In this document: piece by piece, positions 44,912 to 60,600 of the stretch
Numbering within the stretch: the stretch's first letter is position 1
Layout: every line of letters begins with the position of its first letter
Assembly: GCA_964016885.1 (NCBI GenBank)
Contig: OZ024749.1
Coordinates: 45,136,001-45,200,000 of the forward strand
From: Eledone cirrhosa
Taxonomy: Eukaryota
Length of the DNA stretch: 64,000 nucleotides
Direction: 5' to 3'
The notes under the pieces: generated by a model
The model's input: only the letters and a program-made list of their open reading frames with translations
Told to the model about the DNA's origin: nothing
Databases searched by the model: none
Position numbers and translations under genes: made by a program

Positions 44912-46254
44912 TAAGTGAACAGTACTATAGTTGTATTGTATGGCTGCTCTATAAAACTTCCACGATACATTCAGCGAAATCTGTATGACATTCGTTAATT
45001 TTTTTAAATGTTTATGCTTATTATTATCTCTTATTTTAAGGTGTCACCATTTCAGCGAGGTTAAATTTCATAGTCTTCAACTAAGAGAGCATATGTTATT
45101 CAAATATAGACAACAACATTTTAATCTTTATATATATATATAACAAAGAAAGTGTGGTAATATACCAGGTGGACCATAACGCACCAGAGTACTCGATACT
45201 TAGGGTAGTAGACTGAGTAATAGGAAAATAGTCAACACACACACACATATATATATGCATATGTAATTTCCTTGTTTTTCATTTTGTTCTCGTATATATC
45301 ATAATATATCATAATCTTTATCCTAATCACTATTCATCCCGATACAATAATTATTGCCGTTGTACTTAATGTAATATATCTAACAATAAAGGAGGCGAGT
45401 TATATTACATTCAAAACAAAATATAACAAAATAAACTCTAATGAGGGTAACACAAGACGCCATTACAAAGTCAAAAAATTAACAGGGGGAAGCAACAATC
45501 CTACAAAGAGGAATACATATGACGAATGGATGAATGGCTAACCAAACAAACAAATAATGAATATGTGAAGGAATGTTAAGAGACATAAGATACAGTATAA
45601 ATTAAATGTGGAAAGACATAGATGTAAATGATGGGGTAAAGGTTATGAAATAACGAAAAAATCCAAATAGAAGGAGGAATTGAGGTATGACGGCTAAAAA
45701 GAAGGGAAATGGAAAATGATATATATGATGGACCAGGAAGACAGAAACGGTAACTACACCAACCAATATATAACGAAATTCTAATAGATGACCTAGAAAG
45801 ATCTGGATAGATCAAGTAACAAGTAAAGAGAACATTATAAGCAAAGGAGTGTAAAAGGTTCACAAGTAATAGTAACGTAAATACAGTAGAAATGTAATGT
45901 GTAAACAAAAAAAACTTGATGGTAGTGTAATGGATAAGAAACCAAAGAACGTTATAAAAGTACAAAAACATGGAGTCATTAGTGTGAGAATTTGATACAC
46001 GTGAGTGTTAGATCGTAGTTTCCAGTGATCGTGTAGAATAAATTGATAAGCTGATGGTGAATGTATAGAAATGCAATGGAAAAAAACATGTATGGCATAA
46101 GCCAGAGTTTCTCAAACTTTTGGGGCCACCACCCACCTCATGGCCATGTAATAACCTCAGCGCCCACACTCCAATTTCCAGAGAAACCTGACTACGTCAC
46201 CAATGTTATCCAAGGGAATAGCAATGGCCCATATAGCTTGGCAACAGTGAGGTC

Positions 46255-46398
46255 GTAAGTCATTTCCACAGCTGAGTAAATTGGAACAAAATGAAAAAAA
46301 AAATGTCTTTCTCTATGACATAACGCATCAGCCGGTTCGAGAATCGAACTCACAACCTTTCAATTTCAAGGACAATACTCTAGCCACTAAGCCATGCC
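46255..46398 (-). mobile_element. Second tRNA-derived SINE family (5' part, CORE/V-like)
   Basis: Minus strand GGCATGGCTTAGTGG (A-box), GAGTTCGATTC (B-box), then AAGACATTT...TCCAATTTACTCAGCTG. Confidence 0.65.
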
Positions 46399-47645
46399 AA
46401 TACATAAATATAATTGCCTATCCACCTATATAAGCCTAATTACGCAAACGTATACGTGTCTATGTATTTCTGTGATGGTTTCAATCCAGCTATAAACATT
46501 CTCAGAGATTAGCCCTCGGCAATCATTTTTTTTTTCCTGCTTGAGGCTGGAACAATACTTTCAAACTCGGAAATCTTCAATAACATGTCTAGGCTACATA
46601 TAGTGGCAGTATTAAAGTGAATGCTAGCGTCATTTATTGTGTGCGTAGCCTTTTCTAAGGGTTCAATATTGTTCAGTATAGTGCTTTCAAACTAACAATC
46701 TACTCCACCACATCTGTTAGCGTGCGCGTTATGCGTGAGTTGGATAGAGGAAAATAAATTTAAAAAATAATAGTTATACAGTGCAGTATATGAGTGGGAA
46801 ATAGGAAAATATTTAACCGTGACGGCAGAGCTCAAGCCGTTTCGACGGCTATTTCTGGTCTGAAATAGCCGTCCAGAAATAGCCGTTGAGACGGCTTTAC
46901 AGGTGATTGGCTCAAACCGAGTTATTTCCCACTCTTCAGAGAAACATTAAAACCGTAGATTTCACGCGTCTCGGAGACACCCAGCAAGCCATAAGTCTGG
47001 TTCCTTTCAGCAGACCTCCAATTAAATAATCGAAAGAAGGGCGTTGCAATATTTCGTTGGAGAAACAACGACAACACTTCCTACACTGTCAAGGAAGATA
47101 AACTATAAATTTCCACTACACTCCTGCATGCCTATCAATACCGCAGGATTTCAGGTGTTGGATTGAGGAGTTGTCTGTGATTGATGTGATTAAATTTGAA
47201 CTCTTAGTTTATTGCTGGGAGAGTAGGCAATCTGTTTGAAATTGTAAACAAAGTGTAATAACTGTATATGTTAAGGTTGTGCCGTGTCACTTAAATGGTC
47301 AGCTACTTGCACGTACGTTTCATCAACAGACTTGGACAATCGTCTTCGGAACCGATAGAGCTCCAACGCGTACTGTATAACATATGAAAAAATTCAAGCA
47401 AGATGACAATGACCTGGGAGTCTTTGATCACAGGACATATCACTTAAAGCCAAATTGCAGTTGAAAACCAGCAGCAAATAATATCAAAAACAATAATCTT
47501 TCCTGGAAAATTCCTGGAAAATTCCAGGCACGAAGGATCAGGACTTTTGACGTCCTACAATAACAACATTTATATAAAGCCACGAACTTCTAATTATACA
47601 ACGATGCCAACACGTAACGCTGTTAACACATTTACACACACTCAA

Positions 47646-47724
<79 letters not shown>

Positions 47725-47865
47725 GACATATATATATATATATATATGCACAATATGTGTATATGCACATATATTTATACACATACAGACATTAATATAT
47801 ACATATATATGTGTGTGTCTCTCCCTCCCTCTCTCTCTCTCTCTGTATGTGTGTGAATGTATATT

Positions 47866-47933
<68 letters not shown>

Positions 47934-48257
47934 TTTGTGTGTATTTATATACAAACATGTAATTTGTTTACTTCAGTATTCATTTGAAACTTAAGATTTG
48001 TCAGTGTGCGAATTCCGTCCCGATGGAAGCTTAAGAATCTTAAAACTAATTGTTTGCTACTGCTGTTGTTATCTTTGCTGTTGATGTTTTTGTTGTCGTT
48101 GTTATTATTCTTGTTGTTTTTGATGTTGTTGTTTTTGTTATTTTCCTTATTGTTGGTGTTGTTGTTCCTGTTGTTATTGTTGTTGTTGTTATTGTTGCTG
48201 TCAGTGGTCTGTCAATATCGTCTTTACTATCGCTATTGCTATTGATATCACTGTTGG

Positions 48258-48634
<377 letters not shown>

Positions 48635-48771
48635 ATATATATATATATATGTAAATATATATATTATATATGTATATACAGGGAGACAGAGAGTCAGAGA
48701 GAGTTAAGTCTGTGAGAAAGAGTGACATATACAAATCTACATACTTCCACACATATGTATATTTAATATCA

Positions 48772-48809
<38 letters not shown>

Positions 48810-49152
48810 GTGTGTGTGTGTGTGTGTGTGTGTGTGTCTATAGACAAGCATACATACATATTTATTTACGTATATGTATTTTTTCAATGTATGTATAAAC
48901 TGTTGTATATTAATTTATTTGAATTTGTTTGTATATTTATCAATTTATCTATTTCTATTCCCTATTTCTATTATTTTACTGTAATTCATATTTTTTCTGC
49001 ATAATTTATATTATTACTAATATTGTTATCTTTATCATTATTATGATTATTTTATTATTATTATTATTATTTGTTTTCATATTATTCTCCCTCTTCGGAA
49101 TAGTAACACACAAAATGGATATATATATATATATATATACGCACATGTATAC

Positions 49153-49188
<36 letters not shown>

Positions 49189-49202
49189 ATGTATATATAT
49201 AT

Positions 49203-49268
<66 letters not shown>

Positions 49269-49325
49269 ATATATATATACACACATACACACACATATAT
49301 TTATATATATATATATTTATATATA

Positions 49326-49404
<79 letters not shown>

Positions 49405-49448
49405 ATATATATGTATATATATATATATATATATACATACATACACAC

Positions 49449-49481
<33 letters not shown>

Positions 49482-50309
49482 GGTTGTGTGTTTGAAATAT
49501 TGCTTTTACGTCATTTTCTTATTAATTTTATGTTATTTTTTTTTATTGTTTGCTTTGTGAAGCTTCTTTCATAGCAATACACTCTGAACAATAACCACCT
49601 CTGTACGAAATGCCCGTGGGGTGAATTCTAACGCTGTTTGCGTTTGTACGTGTGGCTTCTTATATTCTCTCTTATATGCATCTAAGAGAGAGTGAGAGGG
49701 GGCTGGGAGAGAGAGAATGAGAGAGAGAAAGTGAGAGAGTGAGAGATGGAATGAGAGAAAGAGGGATAGGGATGGAGAGAGAGATAGAAGAGACTGTGAG
49801 AATAATAGAAAGGTGAACAGGCTGAGAGAGAGGGGGGGGTCGAGAAAAAGAGGGAGAGAGAGATAGAGTGAGTGGAGAGACAGAGAGATAGAAATGTCTG
49901 TGAGAAATGGCTGAGAGAGAGAGAGAATCAGAAACAATTCAAAGAAAGACAGATTATTGATACGTATTTAATGTGAATGTGAGACAGGGAGTGAGAAAGA
50001 AAGAAAGAGAGAGAAATAGAGAAATAAAAAGAGAGAGAAGGAAATTTTGGACGTAGAAATAAATAAAGAAAAGGTGTGTAAAAAATGTTGTTGTGTAATA
50101 GATGTGTTGTTAAAGAGAGAAAATCTAGGAAACAGTGTAAAGGAAAACAGAGACCATAGAGAGAAGGTATAAGATGGAGATGGAGAGATGAGTAGATAGA
50201 CTGATAGATAGATAGATATATAGATAGAGTAAGAAAGAAAGAGAGAGAGAGAAAGAAAGTGTGAGAGAGAGAGAGGGGGAGACTCAGACAGGCAGACAGA
50301 GATACAACC

Positions 50310-50358
<49 letters not shown>

Positions 50359-50826
50359 GAGAGAGATAGAGAGCGAGCGAGGGAGAGAGAGACCGGGAGA
50401 GAGAGAGAGCGAGTGAGAGAGAGCACGAATGAGAGAGAGAGGAAGTGAGAGAGAGAGAGTTAGAGAAACAGCAACACAAACAGACAGACAGATAAATAGA
50501 TGGTTAGATAGATAGAAATGATGAATTGGTGTGAGCGTCTGAGAGATAGAAATGGGAATAGATTGAGAGGGAGAGACAGAAGTGTAAAACAACGTGAGAA
50601 AAACACTGATAAAGGTCGGGAAGCAGAGACGTTGGGTGAGTGTGCATTTTGGAGACAGTAGATGAATGAAGGACTTATAATGAGCGAGAAGGAAAGGGAA
50701 ACAGAAGGAATAACAATCTGAAGTGTTTTGGACAGGATTTGAAAAATAAAGTTGTTACGGCGTTGTGTGTTGAGGGTATGAAAGAATTGCCTGCAGGAAT
50801 GGTTCCTAGAGTAGCTAGAGATGGCG

Positions 50827-50910
<84 letters not shown>

Positions 50911-50970
50911 TATATATATATATATATATATATAAATGTATATATGTATATATGTATATATATGTGTATA

Positions 50971-51027
<57 letters not shown>

Positions 51028-51071
51028 CGAAGGAAATGTGGTAAGGAACCACATATATATATATATATTTG

Positions 51072-51106
<35 letters not shown>

Positions 51107-51115
51107 ATATGTATA

Positions 51116-51205
<90 letters not shown>

Positions 51206-51261
51206 TATAAAGAGAGGCTGTGTGAGATAGAGAGATAGAGAGATAGATAGGAAGAGAGAGA

Positions 51262-51314
<53 letters not shown>

Positions 51315-52499
51315 AGAGGGAGAGGGAGATAGAGTGATAGATAGATTGATAGATAGATAGATAGATACGTAGTGAGAGAGAGAGAGAGAGATTGCATGTG
51401 CGTTACTATAGGTATTGATGGAGATTGTGTGTGTGCATTGGAAAGGTCCTAGGGTAACAAAGGTGAGGAGGAGAGACGGGGATTGAATGTTTTGAAAAGG
51501 AGTCCTGAAGTAACGAAAGAAACAAAAGCAAAAGGAGAGTAAATCTTGAAATAAAAATGTGGGATATTCAGAGAGGAATGCAGTGTGTTTCGGTATATAT
51601 CTATGGATGTATGTATGTATTTATGTATATATGCAATTATGTATTTATAAATGTAGTTATGTAAGTATGTAATTATGCAAATATATATGTATTTATGTAT
51701 GTATATATTTGTGTTTAATCGCACTATCGAATATCCAGACCGATTATTTCTATGTCCCTGCGTATATATTCACATATCTATGCATGCATATGATCGCTGC
51801 AAACTCTGCTAAGAGTATTGCAATCACTTGTGAGATTATAGAGTTTGGTACACTTTTAGGCTACCGCTAGCCACAAAAGCAACTGGGAGTGAAGGACCTC
51901 TAGCCTTTGTCAGGGCATTCTTTTAGCAGAAGGCAACTCAGGAAACTGGGATAACTCCGACATAAAACCTGGGGCTCAGTACTTACCGATGATGTTGATC
52001 TATTCTTCTCAGAGAGTGGGATTGGTTCAGTGCACAGTCTTTCCTCACTTTAAAAAAAAATCTTCACGCACAGTCATTGAATGATAGAATTAATTAATAA
52101 TTATTTATAATGCTATATCGTACAATGGCCATACACTATAACGAGGGGGCAGCCATCATATATTTATGTACGTATGTATGTATTTATTTATGTATGTATC
52201 TATGGGTGTATGTGTTGGACGATATGAGGTGTAAACATACTGAGACTTGGAATAAGGATTATTCTACTTATTACACGGATTGGTGTTTTGGACGTGATAC
52301 AAGGGAAAGAAACTTAAATGAAATAACCAAATCACAGCTATATAAATTTACCTTTTCTCATACGAGGTTGTATTTCATACGAGGTTTCTGGTGTGTTTTA
52401 ATGAGAAGGTCTCTCAACCTACCATGAAAAGAAACGCTACATAAGGGAACATTCCGAAGAACACAAACGACGTAACCATGAACCAAATGCTTTCGATAG

Positions 52500-52700
52500 A
52501 AAGCAAAGCACTACGTTTCAGATATTTATAAAGAGACCTCCTATGACATTATCAACATCGCATGGAAAAACGAGGATAGAAACGTGGTTACCATGTAGTA
52601 AGCTTAGTTATACATTAGTAACAAGACGACTCGTTTAGCTTGGACATCTCTAATGAAAGAAGATTGATTGTCAAAACAAATAGTCTTCTCTTGTTACAGG
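52500..52700 (+). mobile_element. Highly decayed RTE-like LINE 3' fragment
   Basis: Translations IINIAWK, RRLV*LGHL and LSKQIVF resemble RTE I.W / RRLRWLGH / RLPKQI motifs; stops and frameshifts. Confidence 0.4.
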
Positions 52701-52731
52701 AAAACAAATTAGACAATGAGTGAGAGACACA

Positions 52732-52762
<31 letters not shown>

Positions 52763-53266
52763 TATATATATATATATATTTATACTATCTATCAATACAT
52801 TTGTCTATTCCCTTCTCTCCCAACACATACACACACAAACTCAAATATATATATACCTTTATCATTCATTTATATTCATATATATATTATATATGTGTAC
52901 ATATATAAGGCGAGACAGATTAACAAGTTAAGCAAATACGTAAATTTGTCTAGGCCATTCCATTTGCTTTAGTTTTATACCGCTCTCTATGGAATGATTG
53001 CATAGTGGAGAGAATAACTAAAATAAATACGTAAAAAAATATGTAAATATATACTGTCTGCAACTTCATTGATCAATAGCAGGAACTAATTTTATTGAGA
53101 AACAAGATCGAAGATAATTAGAGAAATATTTATTTCTTTTGTACATTTTTCGAATTATGCCATGTTATATGTTATTTAATTCCTGTATTCCATGAAATAT
53201 GTGTGGGATAAGTATTCTACCATTCTCTTCCTCTCACTGTCTGACTGCCTCTCTCTCACTCTCAGC

Positions 53267-53341
<75 letters not shown>

Positions 53342-54206
53342 TGGATAAATTGTAAAGGGTCTTAAGTTCTTACTTCGATGAGAGGAAAACATTTTCTATT
53401 TGCAGTCATAGTCCTTCTTCGAGACTTAACAATTTATTATTTATTTTCGTCTATATATGTCTAGGGGCGACTTGGCCTAACTGGGTATGCATGAATCGTA
53501 ACCTTTTACAGGAGGTTACTTGAGAAATGTTTGGACATACAATATTGATTGCGAAGAGAACAATTTAAGATTTTGAGAATGGCTGAGGATGGTGAATATC
53601 AGTTAATATATGCGAAAATGTTGGAGATAGTCATCAATCTTATATAGAAGGATTTGATCTCATCGTTACTATGGTTAACAACCCAATTAAAAAGTTGATC
53701 AATAACAATTTTCAAATATGTATTCTCATAAACAAATGTACTCTATGAATCAGGTTGCGTTCTAGATGAGAAAGTTTCAAATAAAGGTGCACATAAAAAT
53801 AACGAAACAACTAGTAGAAACATGTACAACCTCACAAAGATGGACAATGGTAGCTGGCCTACCAGTTCAAAAATTCTCACACGGTGGTAGATATACACAC
53901 ATACACTCTCTCACAGGCACATACACACACATATGCGCACCAATACACTTTCTCAAACAGACACAAAAATTGTGTACGTTATGTTTATACCTATGATACC
54001 CGTACACAGGTAGCGTGTGAGTCTGAAGACTGACATGTGAATGCAGGCACGCACTCAGACGTCCTTCACTGCATTCGACTGAAATAAATAAATTGTAAAT
54101 AAATACAATGGAACTAATAAGAAAATATGAATGTTAAATTGTTTTTATAGAAATATTATGTTCGTATAACAGTATTACTATGTGAAGTGAAGAAGGGCAA
54201 ATATGA

Positions 54207-54423
54207 TTTCTAGTATAGGCACACGGCCAGTAATTTGTGGAGGAGGAAAATTCGATTAAATCGACCCCAGTGCATTACTGGTGCTTTATTTTATTGACCC
54301 CGTAAGGATGAAAGGCAAAGTTAACCGCGGCGGGATTTGAACTCAGATTGTAAAGACCGTAAGTCTATGCTGCAAAGCATGGTGTCCGAATCTCTACTGA
54401 TACTACCAATCCACCGCCCTAAT
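54207..54423 (-). mobile_element. Full-length main SINE with perfect 14-bp TSD
   Basis: TSD AAGGGCAAATATGA at 54193-54206 and 54424-54437; complete head, core and tail. Confidence 0.93.
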
Positions 54424-55182
54424 AAGGGCAAATATGAAGCGGTGTTCAGTGTGTATCATAGAATATGTTTTATGTCCTGAACGGAAATGTCACATATTGA
54501 AAGCTGGTAAATACAGTGGTCAACCAAATGGGCTGAAATCTCAATCATTTGGTTGTTTCGAAATGTGTTATGGAAATATCATTTATTAAATAACAAATCT
54601 ATCACCTTGAGAGAAATGATTTAAAACTTTGTCTTTGAAAAATATGCCAATGTCAAAACTGCAATATGTTGTCAAGTGTCTAAGAAACATATATGAGTTC
54701 GTCAAAAACACGGAAGCGCAGAAAAGATTAAAAAACAGAAATATATCTATTGCACAATGGCAGACTTAGTTTTTCCCTTATTCTTGTTTTTTTTTTTGTT
54801 TTTTTTTTCTGCGCCTCGCTTGTTTTGTTTCCTTATTAAAGGTGATCTTAAATAAAATTCTCAGCTTGTTATGGTTTAAATAGATAAACTAATTGAACAC
54901 ATAAACAACATTACAGATGGTTTTGAATATGTCCACATTATAGATAAATGTTTTAAGGTACAGAAAGATAAAAAGAAAACAAAGCATTTGTAAATTTAAT
55001 TTAATTTTATTTTTCGTTTCTTACCAATCACTAAGAATAACCTCTTCATTTATATACATTTATTTAAGTCATCTATTGAACCGGGATTTCAAAGGGAATC
55101 TGAAGAAAAAGAATAATAATAAACAAATTAATAACACATATTCCTGACGATTTGCAACGAAAATCAAACAATGTTACAAAAG

Positions 55183-55240
<58 letters not shown>

Positions 55241-55411
55241 CTCTGTTTAGTTTCAGAAGATCCCGTTAAGGGTGAAAGCAACGATTCTTTGCTTAAACTT
55301 TAATCTGTTATTTTAATAAATATTTACTCTGGGGTTCTTATATGTTTGATATATATTTATCCCCATCGAGCCCTCTTTGGATTTTAGTCTTTACATTTAT
55401 TATTATTACTA
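55241..55411 (+). mobile_element. Family C element, non-inverted copy
   Basis: Matches 18119-18273; begins directly after (TA)n. Confidence 0.85.
55249..55299 (+). ncRNA. Non-canonical hammerhead-like motif (family C)
   Basis: Stem I AGTTT/AAACT; core CAGAAGA; T.CCC.GTTAA.GGG.T; GAAA; stem III AGCAA/TTGCT; NUH = CUU. Confidence 0.55.
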
Positions 55412-55412
55412 T

Positions 55413-55472
<60 letters not shown>

Positions 55473-55561
55473 CGAAGATGGAGCATAACGCACCAGAAGT
55501 AGCGGTCGAAACGGCTTGAGCTATGCCGTCGGGGGTATTACATTTTCCTATATATATATAC

Positions 55562-55619
<58 letters not shown>

Positions 55620-56034
55620 AACCAGAATTAAAATGCACATTTCATTCCAACATTTAAAAAAAAAGTTCTCGATTTTCTGATCTATGTTTGCATGCGTTGA
55701 TATATGATTATACAAAGATGTGTATAGGAGGCGAATTGGCAGATACGTTAAAACGGTGAATAGAATGCTTTGCGGTATTAATTTCGGATCTCTGCACTCT
55801 GAGTTCAATCCCGTCAAGTCTTGTCATTCTGTAGTTTCACTTGTGTACTCATTTCTTATCTGACTACCCATGTGAAACACCAGAGTAATAAGATATATAT
55901 TTATACAAACTGGAACTGCAAACTATCCACATATCAACTGATCCACATCCCACCTAGAATCAAATATACTTCAACTAACAAAAATGTTTCTTAAAAAGTA
56001 GTTGTATTTATTCATGAGGATATTGTATGATAAT

Positions 56035-56700
56035 AATCATTGTTTCTACATTTGGCACAAGGCCAGCAATTACCCAGTGCATTACTGGTACTTTATTTTA
56101 TCGACCCCGTAAGGATGAAAAGCAAAGTCAACCTCGGCGGGATTTGAACTCAGAATGGCAAGGCAAAGCCTGGCGTCCGAACCTTTACCGATACTGCCAA
56201 TCCACCGATTTATTATTTAGGGACAGAACGGGCGGTAGATTGGCGGTATTGGTAGAGGGTCGGACGCCATGCTTTGCTTTATGATCTGAGTTCAAATCCC
56301 GCCGATGTTAACTTTGCCTTTCATCCTTACGGGGTCGATAAAATAAAGTACCAGTCACGCACTGGGGTTGATTTAATCGACTTTCCCCTCCCCCAAAATT
56401 GCTGGCCTTGTGCCTATATAAGAAACCATTATTTAGGCACAAAGCCAACAATTTGCGGAGAGGAGAAAGTCGATTAAATAGACCCCAGTACATTACTGGT
56501 ACTTTATTTGTTCGACCTCGAGAAGAATGAATAACAAGGCTAACCTCGGCGGCATTATATCACCTTTGATATTGGTTTCTAATTTAAGCACAAGGCCAAA
56601 CGTTTCAGGGGCGAGGGCAATCGATCATATCGATCCCCATTACGTGACTACTACTTTAGGAGAAGGACGAAAGGCAATGTGGACCTCGGTGCAATTTGAA
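56035..56700. mobile_element. Cluster of four main-SINE copies (-,+,-,-)
   Basis: 56035-56207 minus, 56231-56430 plus, 56431-56553 minus, 56572-56700 minus (decayed). Confidence 0.85.
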
Positions 56701-57050
56701 ATCAAAATGCTAAGTATATAACGGATGAGCTAATGACACTGGCAACTAGATTGTCTTTCATAATAAACCACCCAGAACACGCTCGACATGTGATAACCAC
56801 CCGTGAATGTTTATTTTAATTACACCTTTCGAAGTATAAAGAAGAATGTTTGTACTTGAATTCTTAATACATACTCTTAGTGTTCGTCATGTCAGTATTC
56901 ATATATATTATAGATAAATGTTTTGTATATGGGTCCATATATACCTAGTTAAATATACATAAACACATGAATTTACATAGATACATACATATATATATAA
57001 GCATTTATATATATGTAAATATATATTTGTATATTTGTTGTATATACATT

Positions 57051-57124
<74 letters not shown>

Positions 57125-58103
57125 ATTTATATACATATATAGTCACCTAGGTAGACACATGTCTTCGTGTGTAGAACATTATATATATATTGATAATTGC
57201 CACATTAAAATATATCCTGCAGCTTTTTTTGTACTACTTACATATATGTATGTTGCAGTTGTTCTTGTTGTTACTCATGATTATTCAAACACTTATGCAA
57301 CCAATTCCATACCATTTTATTTATTTCTCCCTTTCTTTGTTTTCTTCGTTCTGTATTTCTTTCTACCTACATTATTTTATTCAATTATGAAATGTTTTAC
57401 CATTAATTTTTCATCCTACCTCTATAACTTTCATTTTATTCTGTCTTTTTCATCTTTCTTCATTTCTACATTCCTTCATTACTTTCTTACTTTCCTATCA
57501 TTCCTATTTATTTTACTACCTTTATTTACTAGCTTGATTTTTTTTCTGGTTCAATAAAAAAATCTCTGGTTTTCAATTCGTGCTCTCCACTCATTTCAAC
57601 TTTTTTCCCTTTAAATTCTTCTATTCAATCCATCATCATCATTTTTTTCACTTTTTTTACTTTTGTATTTTCTCTTTCTCTTGTCCATTCTTTTTAAGAT
57701 TTCTTTCTTTCTCTCATTTATTTTTTATCTCCATTTTCTTCATCTGCTTTTTATTCTTACACCCTTTCAGCTACATGCTTCTATTCGTCCGCAGCTGAAA
57801 TATGAAGAAATAGGACTAGGTCTGTTTTGTTTTTCTATTTTGTTTACTTTTTAAAGTTTTATTTCGATCAAGAAGACGTCTTGACCGCACGTCAGAATAC
57901 TACTCCTGCAATCGCCCCCCCCCCCCCTCACACACACACACACACACACTCATATATATAAATACATGCATAGTTCCACGAATTTCAGAAGAATAGATCA
58001 AGGAAAAAGAGCCATAGTATATTACATTGTATAAGTCCTCAACGCAATTGCATGTATCCTAAGGTTTCAAACTGCAACTAGCATAGGACACACTCATATA
58101 TAT

Positions 58104-58171
<68 letters not shown>

Positions 58172-58213
58172 ACAAAACAAAATATACAATAACCACGCCG
58201 TAGTCCTCTCTAC

Positions 58214-58265
<52 letters not shown>

Positions 58266-58266
58266 A

Positions 58267-58301
<35 letters not shown>

Positions 58302-59070
58302 GAGAGAGTGAGAGAGAGTGAGAGAGAGATTAAATCGTACCCTGTCTTTTGTAAGAGAGTAACGAACTTTTAGGGAGATTAGCTGCTATATTTAGAAGCA
58401 TCGAAACTGAAAGAACAACCACATCCAGTTAGAATTATATCAGGTCTGCTCCCTTTTAAGATGGTAGAGATTATCTAAAGGGGACAGCCTGCTATTTTAA
58501 CAGATACTGTGACCATATGGAGGTGTCCTCGTTAGCACTTTTTTTCTGTCTAGTTTCTAGTTCAAGTGCATTTCAATAATGTTTCCATAATTCATTTCAG
58601 CTGCAGTTTCGCAACAAGCAATAGAAATCAATAACAATTTTTCTTTTTTATTTCCTTTTATTTGATGTTTATTTTTTTTCTCATCTCAGAGGTGAAGCCT
58701 GGAATTTTAATCACTAGCAGATGATGAATCTCGTGTTGATTGATCTGTCTTGGCAAGGGTCATTCCTGTAAATGGCTAACATCGTAGCATACATAACCCT
58801 TCACCGACTAATAATCTGATGAAGAATATTATATCTTCATGTGACGTATGGAAATGAATGCGTCTAAAATGTATAGAAAATAAATTAATAACTACTAGCT
58901 AAGAGGGTTTAATTTAAAAAAAAAATAATAATATTTATATTTTATTGAACATGTATCAATATTAACCGTAGTTAAGATGTTCGACGTTTCGGTTCCAGCA
59001 CACAGCAGTTTGTAGTTTAGCATGTGCAAAAATATTTACTGTAAATGAAATTTGTTTGGAAACCCATCGT

Positions 59071-59126
<56 letters not shown>

Positions 59127-59147
59127 GTGTGTATGTGTGTGTGTGTG

Positions 59148-59218
<71 letters not shown>

Positions 59219-59465
59219 GCAATAATGTCTCTGATCAAGACGAAGCGAGAGTGCATCTGAATATATACAAAAATAAGAAAGTTCATCGCTAGAACAGCCG
59301 TTAAAACCTTGTGGTTTGTCACTCTGTCCTATGACTTTTTGTCCATCACTGTATTTGACAGCATTTAGCTGTTTTAAAGGCTGTTCTTGCGCTGAGTTTG
59401 CTCATTTTTATATATTACAAATTTCTACAAATATCAGACTTTGACAACCCAATATAAATATGTAT

Positions 59466-59514
<49 letters not shown>

Positions 59515-59941
59515 GCCGTCGAAACGGCTTGAGCTCTGCCGCCAGGGTCATACTTTTTCCTATATATATATAAGGGATAACAAAATATCGTTATAGGTAA
59601 TCTAGTTAGAGTTTGTGAATACTTCTTATTATGGATAGTTTTAGCGTACGGCTTTTTTTTACTCAACAAGAGGTTTACGTAGGTGGCGAGTTTATGATTT
59701 CACTTGTATTCCTATGTAAGTTTATCTTGGAGTAATAAAATTGAAAAAGTTAAGAATAACATGGTCAACAGAACAAAAAAGATCATCGGAGATAACTGGT
59801 TAAGCTAACATCGTATTTGAAATTGAGTGGGAATATTTCAAATGTTCAGCAATTTTTAGACAACTTAATCAGTGAAACAATTGTCAGACTGTAAATAAAT
59901 CTCTTTTTTGTACTGTTGACCATGTTATTCTTCACTTTTTC

Positions 59942-60015
<74 letters not shown>

Positions 60016-60021
<6 letters not shown>

Positions 60022-60262
60022 TAAAAAAACGAAAAATCAGTGATGCATCTGGACTCAGTTTATTGCGTGTTACAATTGTTTCGCCGGCAAGTAGCTCGAG
60101 ACATGATCACTGTATGGATCTGGGTGATTCTACGGCTGCAGGTTCCTTAATCAGCCAGATCCATACAGTGATCATGTCTCGAGCTACCTGCCGGGGAAAC
60201 AATTGTAGCACGCAATAAACTGAGTCCAGATGCATCACTGATTTTTCGTTTTTTTATACTAT
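60016..60262. mobile_element. Fold-back element, 114-bp arms with 19-bp spacer (family I)
   Basis: 60016-60129 / 60149-60262 with ~4 mismatches; GAAACAATTGTA and AATAAA near outer ends. Confidence 0.85.
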
Positions 60263-60343
60263 CCACACTCTGGTCTGTATGAATATTGAGTGATAATTTT
60301 GGCATACCGCCTATGGAAGCACCATAGCTACCATTATACACAC

Positions 60344-60420
<77 letters not shown>

Positions 60421-60425
<5 letters not shown>

Positions 60426-60600
60426 GTTTAGACCGTAACAGAAAACAAAAAACGTGGAAGCGAAGAGGCAGTACAAATGTTATATTAGTTTCACGCTTGA
60501 GCGTGGGGGGGGGGGGTGACGTTTCGGGAATAAGCCCTTCATCAGGAGGAAAGTGGGCAGGAAGAGAGTTCCGAGGGTGTGTGGGCGAGTGGTGGAAAGA
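60421..60600 (-). mobile_element. Family K element with PLE-type HHR core at 60518-60545
   Basis: Minus strand CTGATGA-A-GGG.CTTATT.CCC-GAAA-CG-TC; no obvious cis stem I. Confidence 0.7.

Noticed and set aside
46102-46140. hAT left end CAGAGTTTCTCAAACTTTT (similar remnants near 13049 and 16860)
   Set aside because: No clear partner TIR or TSD found by eye; too weak to annotate
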